From assembly GCA_963755125.1 (NCBI GenBank), contig CAVWIP010000012.1, positions 256,001-320,000 on the forward strand: a DNA stretch of 64,000 bases. The letters run 5' to 3'. This document shows positions 10,828 through 19,846 of this stretch, piece after piece. This stretch comes from an uncultured delta proteobacterium. Lineage in GTDB: Bacteria > Myxococcota_A > Polyangia > Fen-1088. A program made the translations under genes and the position numbers. A model generated the notes under the pieces. It searched no databases, had not been told where the DNA came from, and saw only the letters and a program-made list of their open reading frames with translations. How positions within the stretch are numbered: position 1 is the stretch's first letter; each line of letters begins with the position of its first letter.

Positions 10828-11316
10828 CTACAGGTCAGGTAGGCGCCGCACACCCGGGTCAGGGGTGCTCGTGTCCAGGCGCTCTCCCGTCCGTGGATGG
10901 CGGAGGCCGGGGGGGGCCACATCGGCCAACGGGATGCGCACGAAGGGACGCGTGAGTAACGCGGGGTGGGGCACCTGCAGCCCCGGCTCGTCGATACTTT
11001 CTTCCCCAAAAAGCAGCAGATCGATGTCGATGACCCGGGCGCGCTTGGTCCCGTCTGCCGGCCGGCCCCGGCCGAGCATGCGCTCGACGCCCAGACAAGC
11101 GTCGAGCAACTGACGCGCGGTCAGTGACGTTTCAACCCGCAGCACTGCGTTCAGGTAGAGTGGTTGCGGAGCATTCCCCTCGGGAACCGTTTCGTAGATG
11201 CGGCTCTGGGCCCCAACCCGGGTGCCAGCCAGCCGACCGAGAGCTGCCGCCGCGGCGTACAGGAAAGCGCGCCTGTCACCCAGATTGGACCCCAGGGCGA
11301 GATACGCGGTGAGCAC
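10828..11316 (-). CDS. folK: 2-amino-4-hydroxy-6-hydroxymethyldihydropteridine pyrophosphokinase
   Basis: AYLALGSNLGD, YLNAV, RVIDIDLL, VPHP, RPFV; GTG start inferred. Confidence 0.93.
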   Translation of the reverse strand: MLTAYLALGSNLGDRRAFLYAAAAALGRLAGTRVGAQSRIYETVPEGNAPQPLYLNAVLRVETSLTARQLLDACLGVERMLGRGRPADGTKRARVIDIDLLLFGEESIDEPGLQVPHPALLTRPFVRIPLADVAPPGLRHPRTGERLDTSTPDPGVRRLPDL

Positions 11317-11362
11317 GGTCCCAGGATACCTCGACCGCCCCTCGTGGTAAGAACGGCCTTCC

Positions 11363-12164
11363 ATGTTGCAGGCCCTCACAGCCGCTGCCCTGACCGGCCT
11401 GGTGACCGGCGTTCGGCGCTTTTCCTTTCTTCTTCATTCGGCAGCTTCCGCGACGAGCCTACGACGGCATTCTCGGGTTGGGCGCTGGACTGATGTTGGC
11501 CGCCGCGACCCTCGGTCTGCTGCACGAGGCTCTCGAAGGCGTGCAGGGGGCTGCCGGCCTGGATGTGGGCCGCCTGATCCTGGTGGTCATCGGCTTCTTG
11601 GCGGGTGTGCTGGTGGCCAGCGTGATGGACCGTTTGATCCCGCACCGCCACGCCCGCGGCCACCGGAACCACATCGCCCCGGACTGTCCGGATGAGCATG
11701 CGCATGACCAGCACGTGGAGGTGCGCCAGAGCTATGCCATTGTCGGAGCCCTGTCCATCCACCGCATTCCCGAGGGCCTGGCCATCGGCGCCGGATTCGC
11801 GTCTGGACACGGGAGCCACCTGGGCTGGCTGTTGGTTTCTGCGGTGGGCATTCAGAATATCTGCGAGGGCGTGGTGATGGGTGCGCCGCTGCGCCTCTCG
11901 GGCGTGTCGCCGACGCGCGGCTTGCTGGTGGTAGCCGCAAGCGGCCTCGCCATCCCTCTGGGAGTGCTCGTCGGCCATGGACTTTCGTCGTGGACGGTCA
12001 TCACCCTTCCCCTCATCCTGGCCCTGGCCGCCGGAATTCTCATCTACGTGACGTCCAATGAGATCATCCCGGAATCGCACAGCCACGGCCATGAGAGTGC
12101 CGCTTCGACTGGGCTGGTTCTGGGATTCCTCCTGACCATGTTGATTGGGGCGGTCTTGCGTTGA
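11363..12164 (+). pseudogene. ZIP family (ZupT/GufA) metal transporter with a one-base frameshift near 11411-11414
   Basis: MLQALTAAALTGLVTGV continues in another frame as GAFPFFFIRQLPRRAYDGILGLGAGLML; His-rich loop, IHRIPEG, QNICEG, EIIPESH motifs. Confidence 0.85.
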
Positions 12165-12178
12165 TTGATGGACAACCC

Positions 12179-12697
12179 ATGGACCATACTTGCGCCGTGA
12201 ACCGCAGCGTCTCTCTCTTGACCATCCTGCTCGTGGCCATGCTGGCCCCTGCCTGCAGCAAGAAAATCGGTGATGATTGCCAGACCAACATCGACTGCGC
12301 CCAGGATGGCAGTCGCATCTGCGATCTCTCCCAGCCCGGGGGCTACTGCACGGAGGACGGGTGCGACGACAGCTCCTGCCCGTCGGAATCGATCTGTGTC
12401 CGATTCTTCGACCAGAAATTCCCCACCGGAGATTGCAGCAGTCCTCCTGGCACCATCGGCGAATGCCAGCCCGACGAACTCTGCGTGGTGTGCGGGCCCA
12501 ACGACTCTGAGCCGGAACACGCCTGTTGTGTGCCAAGTGTGTCAGAGCGTCGCTACTGTGCGGTCAAGTGCGGCAGCAACAGCGACTGCCGGGGTGGCTA
12601 CGTCTGCCGCACTTCCGACACCAACGGCAGCATTGCGCTGCTGCCCGACCCTGCGGACAGCGCGACTGCCAAGTTTTGCGCCCCAGTAGAACCGTAG
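12179..12697 (+). CDS. Cys-rich lipoprotein
   Basis: Hydrophobic signal, lipobox-like LAPAC, 18 further cysteines, QPGGYC motif. Confidence 0.75.
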   Translation: MDHTCAVNRSVSLLTILLVAMLAPACSKKIGDDCQTNIDCAQDGSRICDLSQPGGYCTEDGCDDSSCPSESICVRFFDQKFPTGDCSSPPGTIGECQPDELCVVCGPNDSEPEHACCVPSVSERRYCAVKCGSNSDCRGGYVCRTSDTNGSIALLPDPADSATAKFCAPVEP

Positions 12698-13108
12698 CTA
12701 GCGCTTGAATCCGAGGAGGATGTCGGTGGTCGCCTGATCGGCTGCTGGGAACGGGTACTTCTCGAACTCCCCTGACGCGGCCCAGCGGAAGTCGGCCACC
12801 CGCAAGGGGCGCGGCTCTTGGTCCGGAAGAATGCTGGCCTGGTAGAGCGTGAGGTCCACCGAGTATCCGTCGTACTGATGGGTCCGTTGCGCCATGCGCA
12901 GCTTGACCTCGACGTCCACCCCGACCCGCTCGCGCAACTCGCGCTTGAGCGCTGCCTCGTCCGTCTCACCGGACTCGACCTTGCCGCCGGGGAACTCCCA
13001 CAGGCCTGGCAATACCGCCGTCGGCCGCCGCTGTGTGATGAGATAGCGGCCTTCACGCTCGATAACAGCTGCCACCAGCCTGATGTGCGGCCCCGAATCC
13101 GACGTCAT
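12698..13108 (-). CDS. NUDIX hydrolase, MutT/NudG-like dNTP pyrophosphohydrolase
   Basis: WEFPGGKVESGETDEAALKRELRER Nudix box (last Glu replaced by Arg); FPAAD. Confidence 0.85.
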   Translation of the reverse strand: MTSDSGPHIRLVAAVIEREGRYLITQRRPTAVLPGLWEFPGGKVESGETDEAALKRELRERVGVDVEVKLRMAQRTHQYDGYSVDLTLYQASILPDQEPRPLRVADFRWAASGEFEKYPFPAADQATTDILLGFKR

Positions 13109-13161
13109 GAGTGAAGGTGAGGATTGTAGCACGAAGTGGGCCAGAGCTGTCCTCTTTCATC

Positions 13162-13353
13162 GTGGTCAGAAACGTCTCGCCCACACTAGGGGCGGGGTGG
13201 TGCTACCTCGACGTTCGCTCCGTTCCCGAGTTCGATAGGGGACACTCGCGCGGCGCCTACAACGTGCCCCTCATGTACCTGCACGGAGGGGGCATGAAAG
13301 CCAACCCTGACCTCCTCCGCGTGATCGAGCAGACCTTCCCCAAGGACCAGCCT
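13162..13353 (+). pseudogene. Truncated rhodanese-like protein remnant
   Basis: YLDVRSVPEFDRGHSRGAYNVP...NPDLL...FPKD; similarity stops before the active-site Cys loop, where it meets the stop of the convergent FHA gene. Confidence 0.7.
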
Positions 13354-15121
13354 AGAAGGAAATGCCGTTCTTCTGGCAGGCCGACCGCACCAGTTGCTTG
13401 TTGCGGTCGTCAAGCTTCTCGTAGGCGCGCAGGGCGGTGTCCGGATCGTGCAGCGAGCACGAGCAGATTGCGATGATCTGGTAAGCGCTGGTGAGCCCCG
13501 GCTTGGCCCGTAGTGCCTTGCGTGCGGCGTCCACGGCCAGGATGTACTGCCCGCGCAGCCATGCCTCGCGAGCCTGTTGGATCAGCTTGTCGGGATCCGC
13601 GCTCGGCTCGGTTTGGGCAGCGGGCGGCGCGGCCGGCTTGGGCTGGGCGCTGGCGGCCACAGGCTTGAGCGCCGGGGTTGGCTTCTTCACCTCGATCCGC
13701 TGGCTCGACTTTTTTGCCAGCACTGCGCAGCGGCTGATGATCCAGCGCGCGGCCTTGTTGGTGCTGTCGACCGCCAGCACCAGATCGGCTTCGTGCTTGG
13801 CCTCGTCGCAGGCGCCGACCTTTGCCTTGTCCGACGCTGCATCCCCGTGCAATTTGATGTACTCGGTGCGAGCGGACTTATCGAGGACCGTTGCCCGTTC
13901 TTTGTAGACACTGGTCTCCGGGATCTCGCCCGCTCTGTGCAGAACCGCCTCGAAGTCCGACTTGTCTGCCGCCTCCTTCAAGGCGGCGAAGCGCTCGGCA
14001 TTGTCCTTTTCGTCCTCGGCGAGCTTGCGCAGTTCCGCAGCCTCGCTGGAATCAGGCGCCGCAGTCACCGCCTTGCTGGCTGCGGCCAGAGCCACGTCCC
14101 ACTGCTCGTTCGCCTGTGCCGACTTGGCGGCGGCCAACAGGTCCGCCAGGGTCTCCTTGGGCGCCGGTGGCTGCGGAACCGGCGTTGGCTGGACGGCGAC
14201 TGGCGGAGTGGGAGGCGCGGGCGGCCGGTGCGGCCGCGAGCGGCCACCCGAAAGTGCGAAGGCAAGAACCAGTGCCACAACCACTACGCCGCCGCCCACC
14301 ATCGCGTAGATCTTGCCTTTGCTCGGACCACCGAAGCCTGCCTCCCAGTCGCCCTCACCCTCCGCGGTGACGAAGCGCAGTTGCACCTGCCCAAGCTCGA
14401 TCTCGTCGCCCGGCGTGAGCAGCACGCGATCGTGGTCCACCCCATTCACGCGAACGCCGTTCGCGCTTTCCAGGTCCACGGCGTAGTACTGATTGCCTTC
14501 GCGGAGGATGCGGGCGTGATGCCGGGAGATGGACTTGTGCTCGATGACGATGTCGTTCTCGGGCGTGCGTCCGATGACCAGCGACGGGCGGTCGAGAGTG
14601 AACTCGCGCCCCGCCATGAATCGGCCCACGATCACCAGGCGCGCAGGCGGAGAGGCTGAGTCTGGCGTCGAGCCCTCGTCAACCAGGCTATGCAGCGGTA
14701 TGGTGGGCTGCGCTTCGATGACATCATGCACTTCGGGCGCTGGCGGCGGCGCCGCAGCCTGGGCCGGGGACCAGGCCGCGCCAGCCACGGGTGCATGGGC
14801 AGTCGGAGCGCCGGCCACGGCCGCGGCGGGTCGATCCTCCTTGATAGCCATCCGGTAGTCGCCGATGAGGAAGACGTCCCCATCCTTGAGAGAGGTGGCC
14901 GCCGATAGAACGGCGCCGTTGAGCTTGATGCCGTTGTAGCTGGAGAGGTCTTCCAGCAGCAGAGCACCCTGTCGTCGCACCAGGCGCGCGTGGCGTCGCG
15001 AGACGTTCTGCTCGCTCAGACGGATAGTGTTGCCTTCCTGCCGGCCGATCGTGATCTCGTCGCGGATCAGCGGGACAACAACCGTCTTGCCTTCGTCATC
15101 CTCGATGAGGAGTTTCTGCAT
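13352..15121 (-). CDS. Double-FHA domain membrane protein with C-terminal TPR-like region
   Basis: IGRQEGN...VSRRHA...SYNG and IGRTPEN...ISRHHA...SANG FHA motifs, one TM helix, Pro-rich linker, helical repeats. Confidence 0.88.
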   Translation of the reverse strand: MQKLLIEDDEGKTVVVPLIRDEITIGRQEGNTIRLSEQNVSRRHARLVRRQGALLLEDLSSYNGIKLNGAVLSAATSLKDGDVFLIGDYRMAIKEDRPAAAVAGAPTAHAPVAGAAWSPAQAAAPPPAPEVHDVIEAQPTIPLHSLVDEGSTPDSASPPARLVIVGRFMAGREFTLDRPSLVIGRTPENDIVIEHKSISRHHARILREGNQYYAVDLESANGVRVNGVDHDRVLLTPGDEIELGQVQLRFVTAEGEGDWEAGFGGPSKGKIYAMVGGGVVVVALVLAFALSGGRSRPHRPPAPPTPPVAVQPTPVPQPPAPKETLADLLAAAKSAQANEQWDVALAAASKAVTAAPDSSEAAELRKLAEDEKDNAERFAALKEAADKSDFEAVLHRAGEIPETSVYKERATVLDKSARTEYIKLHGDAASDKAKVGACDEAKHEADLVLAVDSTNKAARWIISRCAVLAKKSSQRIEVKKPTPALKPVAASAQPKPAAPPAAQTEPSADPDKLIQQAREAWLRGQYILAVDAARKALRAKPGLTSAYQIIAICSCSLHDPDTALRAYEKLDDRNKQLVRSACQKNGISF

Positions 15122-15233
15122 GGGAGTACAGGAGCCTCGCCAGGAATGACTCTAGCCGCAGCGTCAGGTGGGATCAAGCGCGCACTGACGTGGGAACCCT
15201 GAGAGGGTTCTCGCGACTCGTGGCTCGGATCCG

Positions 15234-15467
15234 CTACTTGATCAAAATCAACGCAGCCCCGATCACGATGGCCATGCCAACGATGAAAGCCGCCACCACG
15301 ACGGCGACCGCCACGTTCTTGTTTTCTTGCAGCTCCCGACGCAAGTTGTAGGGAGTCACCAACTCCCAGATGTAATAACCGATGATGAGCATCGCGATTC
15401 CTGCCAGACCCAGAACCGACGCGTCAAGAACCAACCGCCAGAGGGGGATGGGGATCATGGGAGGCAT
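15234..15467 (-). CDS. DUF350 family small membrane protein
   Basis: ELVTPYNLRRELQENKNVAVAV between two TM helices. Confidence 0.8.
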   Translation of the reverse strand: MPPMIPIPLWRLVLDASVLGLAGIAMLIIGYYIWELVTPYNLRRELQENKNVAVAVVVAAFIVGMAIVIGAALILIK

Positions 15468-15470
15468 GGG

Positions 15471-16406
15471 CTACAGACTCCTCAACTCTGGGTAAGTGGT
15501 CATCAGGTCCGTCTCTGTTAGTGAGTCTTCGGCATCGGCAGGTGTCCACACCACCTCAAGGCCTAGAAGGGCGTGGGATGGGACTGCCCCGAGTTCGCTC
15601 AGTGCAGCCTCCAGGCTTTCGCGGTCACTCACCGCGTGAACGTGCACGAGCGGCACCCGCGTGGCCACAATCACGGTCACGACCAGATACTCCAGCGGCT
15701 CCGTGCCCACGCTGGGGACCGCCTGTGCCCGGCGCAGGGAACCGTCGGCGGCCCGGATGCGCTCCACCTCGAAGCGCGCTCGCTCGGCCATGGCAGCGGC
15801 ATTGAGCTTGGTTTCACCGTTGGTCATGCTCATGGGCCCGCTGGCTTCGGCAAGAGCGTAGCGGATCGAGTCCTTCTCACGCAGCAACTCGAGTGCGGTC
15901 TGATGGAGAAGCTCGGCGAGGCCCACCTCACTGGATGTGTCGCCCTGGCTTGCGAAATCAGCCAGGCGAGCCTGAAGGTGGCGCGCTGAACGTCCGAGGC
16001 CGAGCTGGACCTTGCACACGTACGATTCGCCCGATGCCTCCTCCGCATCATCGTCGGACCATGCGCCGGGGGTGCCATGGCGGACGGCCCGGCGAACCGC
16101 ACGCATGACCGCGACCACGCCCAGGCCCACCACTCCCAGAAGCACGAGGCTGCCCATGAGGCCGAGGCCGCCGCCGCTGCCGTAGCCACCCAAGCCCCAA
16201 CCGAAGCTGGGCAAGAAGAAGAAGCCTGAGCCCCCGCCGCCATACCCGCTGCGCCCGGTTTGGTAGCCGCGCGAGAGGCTGCCGGCACCCGAGCGAAAAC
16301 CGCTGCGGCTACCAAAGCTGGCACCTGAGCGGGGACCGGCCGACGCCAGGCCGGGCAGCAGTGCCCACAAACTCAAGACAATGGCCATGCGGCGAATGGA
16401 CTTCAT
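15471..16406 (-). CDS. DUF1517 family protein
   Basis: Signal peptide, RSGASFG Gly-rich stretch, TM helix, KVQLGL, GDTSS...LELLR, LEVVWTP...DSLT...YPELRSL. Confidence 0.82.
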   Translation of the reverse strand: MKSIRRMAIVLSLWALLPGLASAGPRSGASFGSRSGFRSGAGSLSRGYQTGRSGYGGGGSGFFFLPSFGWGLGGYGSGGGLGLMGSLVLLGVVGLGVVAVMRAVRRAVRHGTPGAWSDDDAEEASGESYVCKVQLGLGRSARHLQARLADFASQGDTSSEVGLAELLHQTALELLREKDSIRYALAEASGPMSMTNGETKLNAAAMAERARFEVERIRAADGSLRRAQAVPSVGTEPLEYLVVTVIVATRVPLVHVHAVSDRESLEAALSELGAVPSHALLGLEVVWTPADAEDSLTETDLMTTYPELRSL

Positions 16407-16594
16407 GGGCGATCCCTTGCGCTTGACTAGCCTAGCGGCGGCCGGCCGCGAAGGCAAAGACCATCTACGAACTGCGTCGGCCAGCGGCAAGGACCCACAT
16501 TTCTGGGCTTGGGGCTGGCGAACATCCGCGAGGACACCTCCGATGCTCCCGACAGAATTGCAGGGACTCTCCTCGCGATTCCGGCTGGATAACC

Positions 16595-16680
16595 CTGATG
16601 GCGAGTTTGATTTAAACCCTGATGAGAGTCTGATGAAAGCCCGATGAGGGACTGATGCCGGCCTGATGAGAAGGGCGATG
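16595..16680. repeat. Array of eight CTGATG-like direct repeats with 11-12 bp period
   Basis: CTGATG 16595, TTGATT 16607, CTGATG 16619, CTGATG 16630, CCGATG 16641, CTGATG 16652, CTGATG 16663, GCGATG 16675. Confidence 0.9.
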
Positions 16681-16688
16681 TGAAAAAC

Positions 16689-16716
16689 TTGCTGGGCTCC
16701 GCCACGGGTATACCGT
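16689..16716 (+). promoter_or_regulatory. Candidate sigma70-type promoter TTGCTG-N16-TACCGT, possibly giving a leaderless mRNA
   Basis: The -10 element ends 8 nt before ATG 16725 and no SD sequence precedes that ATG. Confidence 0.35.
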
Positions 16717-16724
16717 CGGCGTCA

Positions 16725-17384
16725 ATGGGTTACGCAATCTCGGCAGGACGCAAGACAGTGAAGCCGCCCCTAGGTTGCGAGGGCCATCTAACCAGGCACC
16801 AGGCGGCGATTCATCTCGGCCTGCGTAGCGAATTCAAGATCCGCCAGTTCGAACGCGACGGACGACTGCACGCGGTTCGCGGCCGCATGGGCACGGCCTT
16901 CTACCCCGAGGCCGAGGTGCTGGCGCTGCGGGCCGCGCTGGGCGCCACGCCTCGTCCTGCGCCGGGACGCTGGTCAGATGCCGATCTGATCGCGCTCCTG
17001 CGCCAGCCGACGCCATCGGGACGGCTGCGTACGGCGGTGGACCTCGTCACGGAAGCAAAGATAAACATTGCCCGCGCCGAGCGGGTCTACCGCTTTTGGA
17101 GCAAGCGCGACGAGACCCTGGCGGCACGCGTGACCCGCGCTGCACGCCTTGTGCGCGCGGACGAGCCGGCGGCAAACATCCCGTCGTCCGTCGAGCATCC
17201 GTCCACCGTGCAGGCGCCCGGTGCGTTCCGGCCGACCGTAGCCGGCGTGGACAAGCCTTCGCCGAGTGAGCGGCGAAGCGCCGCTCGCGTGGCACACGAC
17301 GGGCTTGTCCGATCTTTGCGGGATCCTGACCCGCGCGTCCGCGCCGAAGCATTCAGCAAGCTCAAGGAGGGCCCGCGGCCCTGA
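16725..17384 (+). CDS. MerR/Xis-like winged HTH protein with a second helical domain and a C-terminal HEAT-like motif
   Basis: LTRHQAAIHLGLRSEFKIRQFERDGRLHAVRGRMGTAFYPEAEVLAL resembles HTH_17/MerR; ends LVRSLRDPDPRVRAEAFSKL. Confidence 0.7.
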   Translation: MGYAISAGRKTVKPPLGCEGHLTRHQAAIHLGLRSEFKIRQFERDGRLHAVRGRMGTAFYPEAEVLALRAALGATPRPAPGRWSDADLIALLRQPTPSGRLRTAVDLVTEAKINIARAERVYRFWSKRDETLAARVTRAARLVRADEPAANIPSSVEHPSTVQAPGAFRPTVAGVDKPSPSERRSAARVAHDGLVRSLRDPDPRVRAEAFSKLKEGPRP

Positions 17385-17427
17385 CCCGGGCCCCTTGCCG
17401 CAGAAGACAGAAAATCGGAGGCCGCAC

Positions 17428-17658
17428 ATGCCGCGTAGACGAGTCACCATCGAAGCAACCCTGCTTTCCGAGGTGGAGAGCATCGGCAGAAGAGAGGGCG
17501 TCTCGGTCAGTCAGATCGTCAATGAAGCGCTCGCCATCGCGCTTGCGGAACGGAGGCGTCGATTGCAGACGCCCCATGGCGCCTGCCTGCCCCGACCCAT
17601 TCCTTCCGGCTCACGCCGACCGGACCGCGAGGATATTCTGTCGGTGCTGGATTTCTGA
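17428..17658 (+). CDS. Ribbon-helix-helix (CopG/VapB-like) protein
   Basis: GGAGG RBS; RRVTIEATLLSEVESIGRREGVSVSQIVNEAL RHH pattern. Confidence 0.7.
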   Translation: MPRRRVTIEATLLSEVESIGRREGVSVSQIVNEALAIALAERRRRLQTPHGACLPRPIPSGSRRPDREDILSVLDF

Positions 17659-17662
17659 CCTT

Positions 17663-18997
17663 CTACACCGGGACCACGTCCGACAGGTCGACCTCGACGG
17701 CTTCGGTGGGCAGGGCGCCGCGGTCGAAGCGCAGGGTGTTGTCGCGCGCGCGGTTGAGCGCCACCTGCTCGAAGTAGGCCTGCACCTGGGGAATGGCCTC
17801 GGCCAGCCGCTCCACGTACTCGCGCTTGAGGAAGAGCACGGTGCTGCGCAGAGTGGCGCGTACCGTGGCGGAGGTCGGCTGATCCGTGACCAGCGACATC
17901 TCGCCGAAGATGTCGCCTGGCTTGAGGCGCGCGAGGGACACGGCGTCAGGCGTATCTGCTCGCGCCACCACCTCGACCTCGCCGGCCAGCACGAGAAACA
18001 GGCCCTTGCCCCGCTCGCCCTCGCTGATGAGTTCGGTCCCGGCCTCGACCTCGAGGCCCTCGAAGCGACGAAGCAGCTCGCCTTGCTGGGACTTGGTGAA
18101 CGGCACGAAGAGCGGCGATGTCTGCAGCAGGTTCTTGATCAACCGCTCGCGCGAAAACCCGTCGAGTGCCGCGCGGATGGCGGGCAACCTGGCGGTGACA
18201 TGGGCCAGGGCCTCCTTGCTGACCCCGATGACGTCGGCCTCGCTCGCCGCAGCCACCGAGGCGGTGCGCGGCTGGCCGGTGATGAGCGCCATCTCTCCGA
18301 AGAGCGTGTTCTCGAAAAGGCGCGCCACATCCTTTTCCCCGGCCGGCGTGTTGACGAAGACCCGCAACTCGCCACCCGCCACCAGGAAGAGCGAATCACC
18401 CGCGTCGCCCTGACGCACGACCAGCTGCCCGTCGTCCAGTCGGAGAACGGTCAGCGAGCGCAGCACGGCCGCAAGTGATTCGGGGCCCAACTCGGACAGG
18501 AAGGGCAACGGATGATACTGCTCCTGATAGCCAACGAAGACCGAGAGATCGAGCGCGGTCTTGCGCGCCTGTTCGATGACATGGCTCGGGGATCCGGCGT
18601 GGGCGATGTCCCCAATTTCCAGCATGGTGGAGGGATCGACGGGTGCCGGCCGGACCGCAAAACGCGCAAGCAAGGGCGAACCGGAGGCGTAGGTCTTGAC
18701 CAGCAGGGCGAAGATGTCATCCACCGGCTGGCCTAGCTTACCCAAGGCATGGGCGGCCACGATGGCCGGCAGCGGGTGGCCGGCGCGGACGTCGTGGATG
18801 GCCACGCTCCGGTAGACTTCGGCCGCGGCATCGGTCCGCCCCGCATCCACCAGCACGTCCCCGATGGCGAACCGGGTTTCGTAGTCGAGCGGAAGCGCGG
18901 CTAGAATTCTCTGGTACGCGCGCAGGGCGCGCGGGTGATCGCCGTTTCTACGGAAACGACGCGCCTCGTCCCTGGCTTCACGTAGAGTGATCTTCAT
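17663..18997 (-). CDS. TPR + tandem cyclic-nucleotide-binding domain protein
   Basis: N-terminal TPR; two cNMP domains (FGEMALITGQPRTASV; FGEMSLVTDQPTSATV). Confidence 0.88.
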   Translation of the reverse strand: MKITLREARDEARRFRRNGDHPRALRAYQRILAALPLDYETRFAIGDVLVDAGRTDAAAEVYRSVAIHDVRAGHPLPAIVAAHALGKLGQPVDDIFALLVKTYASGSPLLARFAVRPAPVDPSTMLEIGDIAHAGSPSHVIEQARKTALDLSVFVGYQEQYHPLPFLSELGPESLAAVLRSLTVLRLDDGQLVVRQGDAGDSLFLVAGGELRVFVNTPAGEKDVARLFENTLFGEMALITGQPRTASVAAASEADVIGVSKEALAHVTARLPAIRAALDGFSRERLIKNLLQTSPLFVPFTKSQQGELLRRFEGLEVEAGTELISEGERGKGLFLVLAGEVEVVARADTPDAVSLARLKPGDIFGEMSLVTDQPTSATVRATLRSTVLFLKREYVERLAEAIPQVQAYFEQVALNRARDNTLRFDRGALPTEAVEVDLSDVVPV

Positions 18998-19242
18998 GGG
19001 TCAAGATTCGGTCAAGCCGCCGGCGGAGGCAAGGGCCGGCGAGCCCCTGGGCGTGAATTTCCGCGAGTTGTCGATCCGGCCACCGCTGCAGCCACGACCT
19101 TCTGCGGCTTTCGCAGGAGGTGAAGAGTGGCAGCCCCCCTGTCAATCGGCAGAGAATTAGGTAGTATGGTCCTCTGTTGACTGCTATCAGGTCCGACCGG
19201 GCCTGGCTGACGAATCCAAGAACACCCTGCCCCTTGACGACC

Positions 19243-19833
19243 ATGGAGAAGGATCTAGAGCGCGGTTTGCTGGAGATTTTTGCGCGGACCCTGGTTTCGC
19301 TCCCCTTCGATCTCAAGATCCTGCTCGAAGCGGTGTCCGACCCCGATCTGGACCATGGCGCGCGCGAAGTCGCGGCGGCTGCGGTCGTGTACATCATCGC
19401 ACCCCGCGACGGGAACGTCGAGCCGTACCTCCGACACAGCGAGGACGTGCTGGTCCTTCGGCTGGCCCTGCGCAAGATTCTCAACGACGGGGGCGAAGGG
19501 GCGCCGGCGTTCCGCGACCGCTTCGCCGAAGATCTCAGCCGTCTGGGCCAGGAACTGGAGCTGATCGAGCGGGCCTGCGGCAAAGATCTGGTCGCCTGGC
19601 TCGACAGCCGCTGGTCCGTCCTGCGCAAGGCCGTGTACGCGCGCAAGAAGATTCCCCTGTTCGTCGACGATGAGGAAGTCGGCACACTCCTGTACGACGA
19701 AGGACTGAAATTCGGCACCAACTATCCGATCAGCGAAAAGACCCTGGAGGGTCGGCTCAAGCAGGCCCAGCCTATCCTGGACCACCTGCAGCGGAAGTGG
19801 GACCAGGACAAGAAGAAGATCACCCCACACTAG
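19243..19833 (+). CDS. Hypothetical protein, divergent DUF1232/YkvA-like
   Basis: AVVYIIAPRD...YLRHSEDVLVLRLAL resembles the DUF1232 Y-x-x-x-P-x-D...DD motif; strong GC3 codon bias. Confidence 0.5.
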   Translation: MEKDLERGLLEIFARTLVSLPFDLKILLEAVSDPDLDHGAREVAAAAVVYIIAPRDGNVEPYLRHSEDVLVLRLALRKILNDGGEGAPAFRDRFAEDLSRLGQELELIERACGKDLVAWLDSRWSVLRKAVYARKKIPLFVDDEEVGTLLYDEGLKFGTNYPISEKTLEGRLKQAQPILDHLQRKWDQDKKKITPH

Positions 19834-19846
19834 GATAGAGATCCGG

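Noticed and set aside
16615..16680. Hammerhead ribozyme or C/D-box RNA suggested by CUGAUGA and GAAA
   Set aside because: I could not build stems I-III around the core, and the strict 11-bp periodicity fits a DNA binding array better; an Rfam scan would settle it.
16595..16680. CRISPR array
   Set aside because: The conserved unit is 6 bp with 5-6 bp gaps, far too short, and there are no cas genes in the window.
16730..16740. TTACGCAATCT also present near 48849
   Set aside because: A single 11-bp match 32 kb apart, both within coding sequence, with no integrase or other att evidence; compatible with chance.
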